A stretch of DNA of 64,000 nucleotides. Origin: Felis catus (taxonomy: Eukaryota). The notes beneath the pieces are model-generated. The model was not told where the DNA came from and did no database searches. It was given only the letters and a program-made list of their open reading frames with translations. Each line of letters opens with the position of its first letter. Position 1 is the stretch's first letter. This document shows, one piece after another, positions 49,757 to 61,998 of the stretch. Made by a program: the position numbers and the translations under genes. The stretch covers positions 139,006,001 through 139,070,000 of the forward strand of contig NC_058368.1 of NCBI RefSeq assembly GCF_018350175.1, in the 5' to 3' direction.

Positions 49757-49894
49757 TCAAAGTACTTGGGTCAAGCCACTTCGCCGGCCGAGCAGTACAG
49801 TTTGGTCTTGAGGATTCATGGCTTCATAATTAGATAGTTCTAAGGCAAAAGTAGCTGAGCCTGATGTTAGCGTTCGAAGCACAGTTGAATAACC
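49757..49894 (-). CDS. GFM2: GFM2 terminal coding exon (mitochondrial elongation factor G2 / ribosome recycling factor 2)
   Basis: Minus strand: actag|[51 protein letters not shown] domain V C-terminus. Confidence 0.95.
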   Translation of the reverse strand, partial: GYSTVLRTLTSGSATFALELSNYEAMNPQDQTVLLGRRSGLTQVL

Positions 49895-50265
49895 CTAGTC
49901 AAAATAATTGAAGTCAGTTGTCAAATTTAAGCCTCAAGTATCTCTTCCTGCTGCTAATCTTTTCATCATTAACAGGAAAGGTGAAAATGAGACTCACGTG
50001 AGTTCTCATTGAACCATTTTGTCAGGAAATAGACAAATATTGTGGAGGTTAAGTAAATAACGTGGGTACGTTTCACAAGTATTCCCCAGTCTCAGCATTT
50101 AGGAAGAGAAGCGTGGAGAATGGTAATGACACCCCCTACCTGTGGTAATCCCTTAGATTCCCATAACAGTTTAAATCCAAACGCTCTAACAGTTCAAAGT
50201 CCTGATTGTCTACTTTTGTTCAGCATAAATATCCCCAGTATTCTTTTCAGTAACTAAGTACCTAC

Positions 50266-50448
50266 CATAATTTCTGCTAGGGGAACAAATCCAGTAATAA
50301 TTTTGTTTTCCTGACGAGTCTGGATTTCCTGAATGGTCCCTCTTCTTTGTGCCAGATCTGCCAGGACAAGGCTGAGGTAATCTCTAGTGACTGTAACCTC
50401 GAGCTTCATCAGGGGCTCTAAAACTTGCTTATCAGCCTTCTTCAGCGC
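50266..50448 (-). CDS. GFM2: GFM2 penultimate exon
   Basis: tttag|[61 protein letters not shown]|gtaggt; 183 nt; EF-G LEPxM and VPLAE motifs. Confidence 0.96.
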
Positions 50449-52144
50449 CTAAAGAAATTCAAGAATGTTAACTCCCCTTTCCTGATTGGAAATCAAATTT
50501 CTGTTAACAAAGATTCGTAAATTCTGCCCATCCTTGTAAGCCTGGAGCTCTTTTTATAAACTATCAGGTACATGGCAAGGGGCTGCTTAATAAAGCTTAA
50601 TTACACAGAGCATCTAAGAACACGTGGCCAGAGACAGTGCAAAGAAAAAAATGGTTTTCCCCTTTCAATCAAAGACTTACATCTTATTTGTTGAAACCAC
50701 GTGTTTGGTTCCTGATGCCTATTACAGTTACAGTCCATAGCAGGACTAATCCAGAAATGTACTACAGTAAGGCTAACAGAAACACATTCAACAAAAGGCA
50801 AGAAGAATAAGCACATAAGTAAAACGGAAACCGAACAGAAGCCAATACAACACATAGGGCAAGTACTGGAAGAAAACGGAGGAAGCAGCAGCAACGTAAG
50901 ATGTATTGGGGTCCCGGTCTTTCAGAGTATCACTACGTCAGACAAACTGGTATGGCAAATGCAAGCCATGTAAGTACCGGTGGGTCAGATTTAAAACGCT
51001 ATCCTACTGGGCTGCCTGGGTGGCTCAGCCCGTTAAGTGTCTGGATCTTGGTTTTCCCCTCAGGTCATGATCTCGTGGTTGGTGGGGGCGGGCTCCACAC
51101 TGACAGCACGGGGCCTGCGTGGGATTCTCTCTCAAAAATAAACCTCAAAAAATAATCAAAAAGCTATCCTACTGCTAGAGCCTGCCAGAATTCAAAAGTA
51201 ATAAAAGTCTGATTTAGTCTTAGCCTCTCGTTACTAGGTGGGATGTAACAGAGATCTACAGCGGAAACTTTGCACGAGGGGGCTCTGGAATGTGCCCTCA
51301 CCTTAACCCAGGTGCAGCGGGTCATCACTCTGTTCGCTGCTCCACCACCACCCACTGATTCTCATTATTACATAACGCCTTAGAGGGGGCATTAACACTG
51401 CCTGTATTGTCAAGTAAGGGTTCTGGGCCTCAAATTCTTTTGTTCCTGATACGTCACCACCTTCCCATCCTCTCCTGCCCTTTACCCGCACAGTCATGAA
51501 AAATGGCCAGATAAGTAAAACCAAGAGTATATGCCCATTATCATCGAAATTTCAAAACATACAGCACACCTCTCTTTTTGCCATTCTTACCAAGAGCTTT
51601 GTACCACTTCACATAATGTCTTTCAGGACAAAACAACAGAGTGGGAGAAGGTAAAAATGAAAACACTATAAGCATGCAAAGAACTGAATGCTTTGGATTG
51701 AGGATACAGACTATAGTCTCTACGTGCTTGAGCCTTGTACCCGCTGCTTGCGCCCCACCCTCCACCCCCGCTCTGGGACAGTTTCTAAATATCCCACAGC
51801 AATCCAAGATAACCTTATCATTTCCTTTTGCAAACATTCTTGTGTGCTCTTTCCTATTTCTGTTGAGGACATCATAATACTCATTTCACCTGGACGTGCA
51901 TCTCTAACTTCTGTTTCCCCAAGTAGCTTTAAGATTTCCTTTCCTATTGTCAGTATCCTAATTCACACCCAGTCCATTCCCTGTCCTGGATTATCTGTTG
52001 CCTACTTCTAGTTCCTCCTGTATTCCAGTGATTATAATGCCCTCCTCAAAAACTTTAAATTTTTCACCAATGTTCTCAAAACAAACCTCAAACTCCTCAG
52101 GGTAGTTTTTAAAGGTTTCTCTATAGTCTGATTCCATTTTCAAC

Positions 52145-53378
52145 TTTTTTTTTTTTTTTTTTTAATTTATTTTTGGGACAGAGAGAGACAGAGCATGAAT
52201 GGGGGAGGGGCAGAGAGAGAGGGAGACACAGAATTGGAAACAGGCTCCAGGCTCCGAGCCATCAGCCCAGAGCCCGACGCGGGGCTCGAACTCACGGACC
52301 GCGAGATCGTGACCTGGCTGAAGTCGGCGCTTAACCGACTGCGCCACCCAGGCGCCCCTGATTCCATTTTCTAACACTTGTCGTTCACTACTACTCTGCC
52401 TTCATCTGAGCGTACAGCTAAAGGGACTTCAATCTTCCCCTGTCTGGAATGCCCGTGTCCAACTACCAAAATCCACAGCTCAGATATTCCTTCCAATAAT
52501 ACTAATTCCCCACTTCTCCATTTTTATGACCCCCAGTCTGCTCTAATATTTTGGCTATTTGGCCATATTTAATTACCTTGTAAAATCATAAGCTCCTTTA
52601 GGTGAAGACAAACATCCATATTCCATTTATGTCCATCGCAGTACACAGTAAGCTCAACAAAGAAGCCTCAATAAATACAGGAGGCATCATTAACTTACCA
52701 GATAATACTTCTAACTATATGCTTAGGCAAACTATATTAAAAAAATTTTATTTTTGAGAGCTAGACAGAGCATGAGCAGGGGAGGGCAGAAGAGAGGGAG
52801 ATACAGAATCCGAAACAGGTTCCAGGCTCCGAGCTGTTAGCACAGAGCCCGACGTGGGGCTTCAACTCACGAACCATGAGATCATGACCTGAGCTGAAGT
52901 CAGCCACTAAACCAACTGACCCACCCAGGCACCCCAGCAAACAATATTTAAATAATACTTTTTGAATGTATAGATTTTTTTTAATGAAAATTAAATGGAA
53001 TCATATGAAAGGACCATTAAGTTGTACCTTCTTAAGTCAGCGACTTAGGGTATTCACATTAACTTTATAATTCTAGATTCAGTTAAGACCACAGAAAATC
53101 AAGTTTCAGACACAGTCCAAAATTTCAGAAAATGGTTTTTAAAAGCAAGTGTTTTACTGCAAATCAGTCACTTATAAAACTGTAGTAGTCCCATGCTGAG
53201 AAGAATGCATGGAATCACCATTTGGCACACTAAGATCCTGTGAGCTAAATCAGCTCTGGTAGATTACTGAGGCAAGACACTCAAGGAAATAATGGGAGGT
53301 AAGTAACCGTTCCAAGACTAGACTGCTTGATGCTTTGATAAAGTTAGGTGCTTATCTGGATTATCAGTTAGTCTTACC

Positions 53379-53415
<37 letters not shown>

Positions 53416-53599
53416 AGAGAGAGAGAGCATGAGCAGGTGAAGTTCAGGTAGAGAGAGGGGGAGAGAGAATCTTAAGAAGCAGTTCCCATGCTCAGCCAGT
53501 AGCCCAATGCGGGAGGGGCTTAATCTCATGACCCTGAGATCATGACCTGAGCCAAAATCAAGAGTAGGACCCTTACCAGACTGAGCCAACCAGGCTCCC
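52145..53599 (-). mobile_element. SINECs at 52145-52358 (young), 52745-52934 and 53382-53599 in a GFM2 intron
   Basis: Reverse-complement SINE motifs; duplication tgattccatttt for the first copy. Confidence 0.88.
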
Positions 53600-54073
53600 T
53601 GCGACTTAATCTGATTTCAATGATCTTTGATTACGGTAATCTTATTCAAATAAACATGAACTCAAAACTGAAACTAATATTACATCTTCAATGTCCTTTA
53701 TAGTCCATCTTGGGCCAGGATACCCCCAAAATGTCCCCTCATTAAACTACAAAGCTCACCTCTAACAGCTGTGTATCTGGGATGGGGAAACCAAAAATGC
53801 CAGTTAAGGAAACCTGCCTCTTTGCTAAAATCAGAGAATATTTCCCGGCAGTCTGTATTAAGCAGTAACTTCCTAGGTCCTCTTACAGATATAACCCTGG
53901 TGATTAAGAAATCAGAGACTGTCCAGGGTAAAAACTCTTGCTGACTCTAAGGCGCAGACGGCATCAATACAAGTGTGAGGTACTGCAAAGCACAGATGTC
54001 TGTGGAGCAATGGCACACTGCTATCAGGACAGTCACCCTAAAGCAAAAAGGAGAACTACAGGATATTCTCTAC

Positions 54074-54189
54074 CTTTTGTATGCATCTGGAGACACAGGC
54101 AGAAATCATAGTTGTGGAGGTACCAGGATGAATTACCAGTGAATGTACAGCAACTGCCACATCTTGGACTGGGGATCCAAGCAATGGTC
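54074..54189 (-). CDS. GFM2: GFM2 exon (domain IV, GPLLGSP motif)
   Basis: cctag|[40 protein letters not shown]|gtagag; 116 nt. Confidence 0.95.
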
Positions 54190-54249
54190 CTAGGCAAGGG
54201 GAAAAAACTTAGGTTAGCACTCAATATGCAGTGAGGAGTAAAGACAGGG

Positions 54250-55420
54250 AGAGGACTTCCAGTTTCCACTTCATTTAGGCAGCTTAGAAGTCACCACTCT
54301 GTCCCAGCAAGTATAAAGCAGAACAGACTGAAAAATAAGCAACCCCTCCTAGAGCCATAAGAGAGGAGAAGACAAAGGACAAACCACTGCCCCCAAAACC
54401 AGAGAGGCAGGCGAACAAAGAAGTCACAGCTTTCTGGAGCAGAGCCTCACTAGCCCAGGAACCAGTGCCACAGCAGGAAAACCTCAACTATAGAGACGTC
54501 TGGGAGTTAAAAATTTCAGGGGGACACAGTCATAAATCATAAGGGGGCCCCCATAATTTTTTGAGATGTACCTCCCGGAGCTCGAGCAGGTTCTTCCTGT
54601 AAGTATCAGAGAAAAATCTCTTTGTACTTCTGACAGAGTGGAAAAGAAACCATTCTGAAATACTCCAGAGCACTCTGTTCTTACAAAGGCCTGCTCTCAG
54701 GGGAAACTAGTTAACTAGAGCCTAAGAAGCAGGGGCATTAGCAGGACCTAACTGACTTGGCTGAAATACCTAACTCCAGGCCACCCTAGCCATCCTGTCC
54801 AACCTGAGGCTAGTGAAAAAAAACAAAAAACACTTGTGTGGTTCCCCATCCAGAGGGATGGGCTCACTATAAGCCCATGGATTAGAATGCTTCCTTTCTC
54901 CCAACACGTGACTTCCACATTACTACACACCATGTTTACAGCAGTTCCTTTTACCCAGTACATCATGTTAGGCCATCAGGAAGAAATTACAAGGCATACT
55001 AAAAAGCAAAAGCACAATATGAATACAGAACAAGCATCAGAACCAGACATGGTAAGTATGTTGGAATGATCATATCACATGACTGATACATGCTAAAGAC
55101 TCTGATAAAGTAAACCACATGCAAGAACAGACAGAAGTCCTAAGAAGAACCAAAAAGAAATGCTTGAAATAAAAAATAACAGTGAAAGAAATGAATTATC
55201 TTTGATAGGCTTACAAGTAGACTGGACACAGCTGAAGAAAGTGTGTCTGAGTTAGAAACTATTCACAGAAACCCCCAAAACAGAAGAACAAAGTGAAGAC
55301 TGGTAAAAAAAAAAAAAACCAAAAACAGAAAAAAACAAAAAAAAAAACCCCACCAGAATATCTAAGGACCATGGGACAATGGAAACAGGTCTAACATACA
55401 TATAATGGGAAGAGTAGTGA
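54250..55420 (+). mobile_element. Old L1 5'UTR-ORF1 fragment filling most of a GFM2 intron (antisense to GFM2)
   Basis: gaggacttccagtttcc start; gaaattacaaggcatactaaaaagcaa; agtagactggacacagctgaagaaag (ORF1 SRLDTAEE). Confidence 0.8.
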
Positions 55421-55513
55421 GAAAACATTACCTAGTTAGAAATAATGTATAATATTAGGAGTGACTAAGTGGTTGATTATGATACTAAGCTTACCTTTAT
55501 TTGAGTACCTTAC

Positions 55514-55693
55514 CTTGGAGGCATGCACTGTGAATCCCATTTTCAATGGCCTCTTGGGAAGCTGTCGGAAGGTCTTCACTAACACTTCCAGCATACTCGA
55601 TAACTGGCATAACAGAGGCTGTTTCAACTGGTTTTACTTCCAGTTCTACAGTCACAAGATGCCGTTTGTCTCCTAATGTTCTATCTAAGGTAT
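55514..55693 (-). CDS. GFM2: GFM2 exon (domain IV)
   Basis: tacag|[23 protein letters not shown]...[16 protein letters not shown]|gtaagg; 180 nt. Confidence 0.95.
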
Positions 55694-57367
55694 CTGTAAA
55701 CAAACAGAATATAATACCTTAGAGATTTGTTCTGGAAAGGTATTAAGGTACCACAACTGGAAAAACTGCAGTCAACAAACTCAAAGTCTCATAGAAGATA
55801 AAGTGGGAAAAAATATTACAGTGGTACTAAATACAGCATAAAGATGTGGGAGTAAAAAGTTCTATCAAGAAAGCATTTGCTTCTGTGTTTATCAATGTAA
55901 AAACCAGCTCTCAATCACTTAATATTACTGCAAGGTTAAGATGTGTTGAGGCAGATGATCCCACAAGTTTTGACATGTAGATCACACATTTAAATTTTTT
56001 CAAATATCTTATGTGACTGAAATTCTTTTAATTATAAAATTTTTATTTAGCAGTAAAACAGTACAAAGGGTTATCTAATGAAATTAAAAAGCTATTTTAA
56101 CTCTACTAACCAACAAATTGTTAAATTTCATATTCTTCCAATGTTTTATGCATTTATGATTTCTCAAAATAGTGACTTTTTAAAGACTGAACGCAGTATC
56201 TCTCATTTGCTAACAACCAACCGCAGTCACCAATCTCCATCATTACTAAAACAAAACTATGTTGTATTTTTGTTAGTGACCATGTAATAGAGTGATGCAT
56301 CACCTAAATTAAAACTTAAGAATTATAATCTACAATTTCTCTTTATAATAAGCTAAAAATAAAGTAAGAACTTATGAAACCTAAAAACTACTCAGAAATA
56401 GACCATTACCAGTAGTAACCTACAAGCCTTCCAAAGCCATCACTATCATGATATAATCACTCATTCCTATGAGTTTCCTTAGTTATGTTACATATGCATG
56501 TATTCCTAAACAATATAGTTCACTCTGCTGTGTTTTGAATTTGTTATTATGTATTCTGCAACTTGCTTCTTTTGCTTATCTGTGGGTCCTCTGGGCTGAT
56601 GCATATTGATGTAATTCATTCCTTTTCACAGCTGTTTAATATTCTGTTGTATGAACACAATACCGTTTATACATTCTCTGTCCATAAATATTTGGGGTGG
56701 TTTTTTTCTATTCAGAGGTGGTTATTATTATTATGTTATTATGAACATTCTTATATCCATCTCTCAGTGCACATGTATAAGAGTTTCTCTAGGGCATGTG
56801 AGAAGTGCTAAGTAGTAAAGTCTGCACACAGTTGGCTTCACAAGGAAGTTGCCAAATTGTTTTCATAATGGCTATGTAATTTACACTCCCACTCTAAGTT
56901 TTTAGGAGTTTCCATTGCTCAACATCTCACCAACACTTGGTGCTGTCTGATTTAATCCCTGCCAATTGTGTTGGTGTAAAATATCTCATAACTTGCATGA
57001 CCCTAATCATTACTGATATGAAGAATCTTTTAATATGTTCATGAGCCCTCTGGATATCCTTTTTGTGAAATATCTCTACACGAAGGGTTTATTGTACCCC
57101 ATGACCACCACTGAAAAGTACGTTTGTCTGATGAGGGCTCATCATTTATTTGATGTACTGAGTGGTACAGGAATAGGGCTGGGTTTAAAACAAAATAGAA
57201 CAAAATCCTAAAGAGACACAAAAATACACACACACAAAACCTGTGCCCACTGATGGAAGACGCTAGTGAAGATGAACCTTGCTTTATCCAAATCTTTTAT
57301 GAAAGATTTGGAAAAGAGATCCTGGAGAGAGAGAAAAACACAGCAAATCCTAAATGTTTTATTTTAC

Positions 57368-57506
57368 CTGTGGCACGAACTGCATTTAGAATAGTCTCTC
57401 GGTATGCCACCTGGAGAGGCCCTAGATAGGTTTCCAATCCATATTCTCTCTTGATTCGGTCATGAATAATCTCAATATGTAACTCCCCCATACCACATAA
57501 GACAGT
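57368..57506 (-). CDS. GFM2: GFM2 exon (domain III/IV)
   Basis: accag|[47 protein letters not shown]|gtaaaa; 139 nt; EF-G GMGELH and VAYRETI signatures. Confidence 0.97.
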
Positions 57507-58256
57507 CTGGTTAAAACAGGAAGAAAATAAAACCAAGATCAAAGAAAAAATGTTTATCACAAAATACTATATAAAGGCATTATATCAATATGTTATTTTT
57601 CATTAATTACAAACTGAGTTTCTCTGCAATTTTTTTTTTCGGTTCTTCCTGAAAACATTTTTGTTTTTTTCTGAGTGGAATAATAGGTCGATTAAAAGTA
57701 AATTTCTAGGCTATTCTGTCTTTATTACATGACAGTTTAATTAGGCAAGTAGCATCTAGCCAGGACTATATTCCCAACCATATAGCTTAGTTCTGGCCAA
57801 TGAAACATGAGTGTAACTGATGTTGGCAACTTCTGGGTTATACCTTTAAAGAAAGGATAAAGCCCTTGTCTTAATGAAAATGTAAGCAACTGTCTTAAGG
57901 ATGAAAGCGACATCTTGTTATTTGGGGGGTGAAGAGGATAATCTTTTCCCCAAATACTCCCAACCACATTGGCATTTATTTCCCAATCATCCTGGGCCCC
58001 TTACAGTATTGTGACTAGTTAAATTTTTCAGACTAGCTTGGACCTTTATTTGACAGTGAAATTATCTTTTATCTTTGATCTTTCATTGTTACTTAGGGCC
58101 CTTGTTAGAACGAGCCAAATTTTTATCAAAACCAATCAAGACATGCTTTAAAAAAAATTTTTTTTACAACACTAGTTATTCCTTAAGGTGTTTGTGTATG
58201 AAAGAGTATAGTGCAAGGAATCCATATTTGCTCAGTCTTATTCATATGCCCTCTAC

Positions 58257-58715
58257 GTAGTAAAGAATTAACTGCACCCAAAAAGAGGTATGGCCCTTAC
58301 CCTCAGCTACTAGTAGGTAATCTCTAGGCCAGGATGCTGCCTGATGGAAGTGTCTTTACTTGTCTGGGGGATTTTGTCTGCGAGACAGTGTAACAATGTG
58401 ATTTATGATGTGCGCTTCAGAACAGCCTTATCTGTTCCGACTTGGAAAGTCAAGGTAATAGCCTCAACTTACAGGTGGTACTGGAAACTAAAGGTCAACC
58501 CCATGAGCAGTATGTAATCAAGCCTTAATAAAAACTCTGGAGGGGTGGGGTGAGCCTCCCTGACTGGCAATATCCTTTACCAAAAGGGTTAATACATCCC
58601 TGAAGATGAAGGAAGATAATGCATTTAGAACTCTCCCAGATTTTGCCCTATTTGTTTCTTCCTTTGGCTGGCTCTAATTTTATCCTTCTGCTGTAATAGA
58701 GCTGTAATTATAAGG
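58257..58715 (+). mobile_element. MER77/MER21-like LTR
   Basis: gtagtaaagaatttaac..cccaaaaagaggtatggccctt; taataaaaactctgga; tcctttggctggctctaattttatcctt. Confidence 0.65.
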
Positions 58716-59541
58716 AACAAGCAAAAGGATTATTTTGTTTCAGTTGCTGTACTTTAAAGTTAAAGTAGTGAATTTGGAAAAAGCAAGTTCTAGAATAATA
58801 CAAAAAGAATGACTTGTTATATATCTGTATATGTCTCTGGAAAAAATAAACTGTAGTTTATAACATAGCACAGCGTAAGACATTGGGGAAAGTGTGAAAG
58901 TCTAAAATTCACATTTTCACAGTTGTTTACCTGTGTAAATTAAGATGGAAAAAAGGGACACCTTAATTCTGTACTCTGAACCCATGTGTGTTATTTGCCA
59001 TTTTTTAAAAAATGTATTGGCATTTTTAAATGAAAGTTTTTCAAAATAAAAAAAAAAAGTTTAAGTGCTTGTTGCTGTCTCCTTCAGTATGAAACTAAAT
59101 TACTACCTCATTTAGCTGACATTTGGGAAATAAAATACTCCATAGTTTTCAGATTAACTAAATCCTTAGTTTATCCTTAAATTTATAATCTTCTAATCTT
59201 CTAAAGGAACTTGTTCTAAAATCTTACACAAACTTTACCCTGCCTTCCTAAAAAGACACAATGAACATGTGTTCTTCTGCTGTAATGCAATATCCACAAA
59301 CTTCTTACCACCTACTTTATAGCTCTACTTCCTCCCACAGTGTTAGGTTGTTAGCCATCACTTCTCCCCCCACCTTATATGTAACTGACAAGAAAAGCAC
59401 CTTTGCATCTTCCCTTTAGTATGCCGTGTTTATAAGCCTTAGGAGCATAAGAAGCTCAAGGCTTTGTCTTGGGGTTGAACTTTATTTCAAAGTTTCACAA
59501 AAGGCTGTCTTCTGGAAAACTGAAATGACAGTGGTCTTTAT

Positions 59542-59641
59542 GTGCTCACTTTGGCAGCCCATATACTAAAACTGGGACGATACAGAGATCAGCACGGCCC
59601 CTGTGTGAGGGTGACACACAAATTTGCAAAGCTTCCATGTT
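59542..59641 (+). pseudogene. RNU6: U6 snRNA retropseudogene
   Basis: gtgctcactttggcagcccatatactaaaactgggacgatacagaga...gcacggcccctgtgtgagggtgacacacaaatttgcaaagcttccatgtt aligns end to end with U6, includes the ACAGAGA box, carries many substitutions and is followed by an A-tract. Confidence 0.93.
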
Positions 59642-59936
59642 AAAAAAAATTAAAAAGTGGTTTAAAGAACCATGTTAAAAAAAATTAAAAAGTGGTTTAA
59701 AGAAGTGAGGCGTAATTAATTATATTGAGGAAGTAAGGAAAATTTTTCTATCTAGTTTGACAGTCAACCTGATAATCAGAAATTTGTACTATCGGAGAAC
59801 CAAAAGAGAAGGTTTTTTCTTTCAGGGGCATAGACCAATCTGTTTTAGATACATGCATTTAAATACAGAAACACACACACACACAAATACTACTATTGAA
59901 AGATTTCTGGAAGTAAAGTTGTAATAAAATGTGAAC

Positions 59937-60013
59937 CTGTCCAGAATCAGCATCTAGCTTCACTTTCAAACTGGGATCTTCACGTTGAAGGCATTTCAAT
60001 ACATAATCCAAAT
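59937..60013 (-). CDS. GFM2: GFM2 exon (domain III); gene continues beyond the right edge of the window
   Basis: cctag|[27 protein letters not shown]|gttcac; 77 nt; EDPS motif; phase fits the next exon. Confidence 0.93.
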
Positions 60014-60827
60014 CTAGGGGATAAACAGTAAATGTTATCTTTACATTTCATCTTTTAGATAATGTAACATATGTTCTAGTGGGGGAAAAAATGAGCAAGC
60101 AAATTTTCAAAAAGAACGTTTCAAACAGCATCAATGCTTTGTAGTGAATAAAACGAGGTGATAAGATAGTGATGGGAAGTTATTTAAGATTGAATGATCT
60201 GGAAGGGCCTCCCCAAGGTAAGTTAGATCAAGACACAAATAAAGAATGGCCATATATGCAAAATCCTGAAGAAACAGAATACCAGAGAAAATGCCTGTGC
60301 AAGAAATGGTTTGTTATTAGAAAAATAACAAGATGGTAGCTGGCTATTAGCAGGTAATCACATCATGTAAGGGCTTGTAGGCCAGGCTGCAGAATTTGAA
60401 TTTGCACTGGGAAGCCACTAACATCATCTGATTGTGTTTCACAAAGATCTAGGAAAAGACAAGAAAGCAAAACGCCTTCAGAAAGAGAAGCAATGAGAAA
60501 CTGGCAAAGGAAACTAAATTACACCATGAATAAAGAGATGCTAATGTGATCACTCTATGATGAATTATCACACCCAATGAGAAAACAAGAATATATTATT
60601 TGAAATAAATATGGCCTCTAAAGTCAAGTGATACTTTAATACAATCAATTAGCTGTTAACTGTATTCTCCCCCTCTACAAAAGATGTTCGAAGTTTCCCA
60701 GACATGAAGTGCAGCTAAAGAAAAGAGCTGAGCAACGGATTCATGAACCAACCTTACCACACATTTAAAGTGGTCTTATATTCCAGGGACCCTGGTTTAT
60801 ATTCCAGGGACATACGCTTCTAGATAT

Positions 60828-61140
60828 ACACTGTCCAAGTAGTAGCCACTAGCCATCTAATTAGTATATTAGGAGTCTAAACAGACATATACTCTAAGTA
60901 TAAAATACATACCAGGTTTCAAAGACTAAATATGAAAAAAAGAAAGTAAAATAGCTCATTAATTTTTTATATTGATTAGATGTTGAAATACTATTTTTGA
61001 TATACTGGGTTAAATATATTATTAAAATTAATTTTGCCAGTTTATTATTTTTTTATGTAGCTCTAAGAAAATTTTAGATTATATTTCTATTGAAATATAT
61101 ATTATGTTGATGTTATATTTCTATTGAACAATATTCTTCT
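60828..61140. mobile_element. MER33-like hAT-Charlie element (MER5A-like fragment follows at about 61150-61300)
   Basis: cactgtccaa..gtagccactagcca..taagtataaaatacatacca..gatatactgggttaaata..atatttctattgaaca. Confidence 0.7.
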
Positions 61141-61777
61141 GGACTCTTGACATCCCAAAGTCAGGTCCAAGAACCAGCAACACTGGCATGATATGGAGCC
61201 TGTTAGAAAGACAAAATATCAGGTTCCAGTACTGAATCAGAGGCTGCACTTAACAAGAATTTCAAGAAATATATTATGCCCATTAAGGTTAACAGGCATT
61301 ATTTTACACAGTATCTTATTTTTAAGCACCTATTCAAAGAAAGTAATAATGCTTATGACACTGTAGCTTTTGAAATGAAAACACAGTAACTTTATTGTAA
61401 AATGCAAACTCATTCAAAAATATCTATGACGAATCTACCCTTCAGGAGTTTATTGGGATGAAGAGGGCATTATAAGACAGAGTGTCAATATAATAGGAAC
61501 ATGGGGTAAATACAAGGGAGAGCCAGAATAAAGAAAAGGTAGATTTGCTTGAAAGAAGTCTAAGGGAGACTCTATAAAGTCCCATCCCCTGTGGGACTTC
61601 GGACCTCTAAGCTAATGCCCATTAACTAGACTTACTTTGGACCCCAGGCTTTTCTTCCTCAAGTACTTAAAAGCTGAAGCGCTAGATTTAAAATGAGCTG
61701 GTGCAACTTAACTGCAGTGTCACAATTTGAATTTATGTACTCACAATGTTTGAAATATGAAATTACTTTCAAATATT

Positions 61778-61998
61778 TTATTTTTTATTTTTTAAATGTT
61801 TATTGTATTTCTGAGAGAGAGAGAGTGAGCACAAGCGGGGGAGGAGCAGAGAGAGAGAGGAAAACACAGAATCCAAAACAGGCTCCAAGCTCTGAGCTGT
61901 CAACAGAGAGCCCAACGCAGGGCTTGAACTCACTAACTGCGAGATCATGACATGAGCCAAAATCGGCATTTTACTGACTGGGTCATTCAAGCGCCCCT
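61778..61998 (-). mobile_element. SINEC
   Basis: Reverse-complement SINE; tcaaatat duplication. Confidence 0.87.

Noticed and set aside
59542..59641. Functional U6 snRNA gene
   Set aside because: Many substitutions and small deletions, an A-tail instead of a T-run terminator, and no evident PSE/TATA upstream indicate a retropseudogene.
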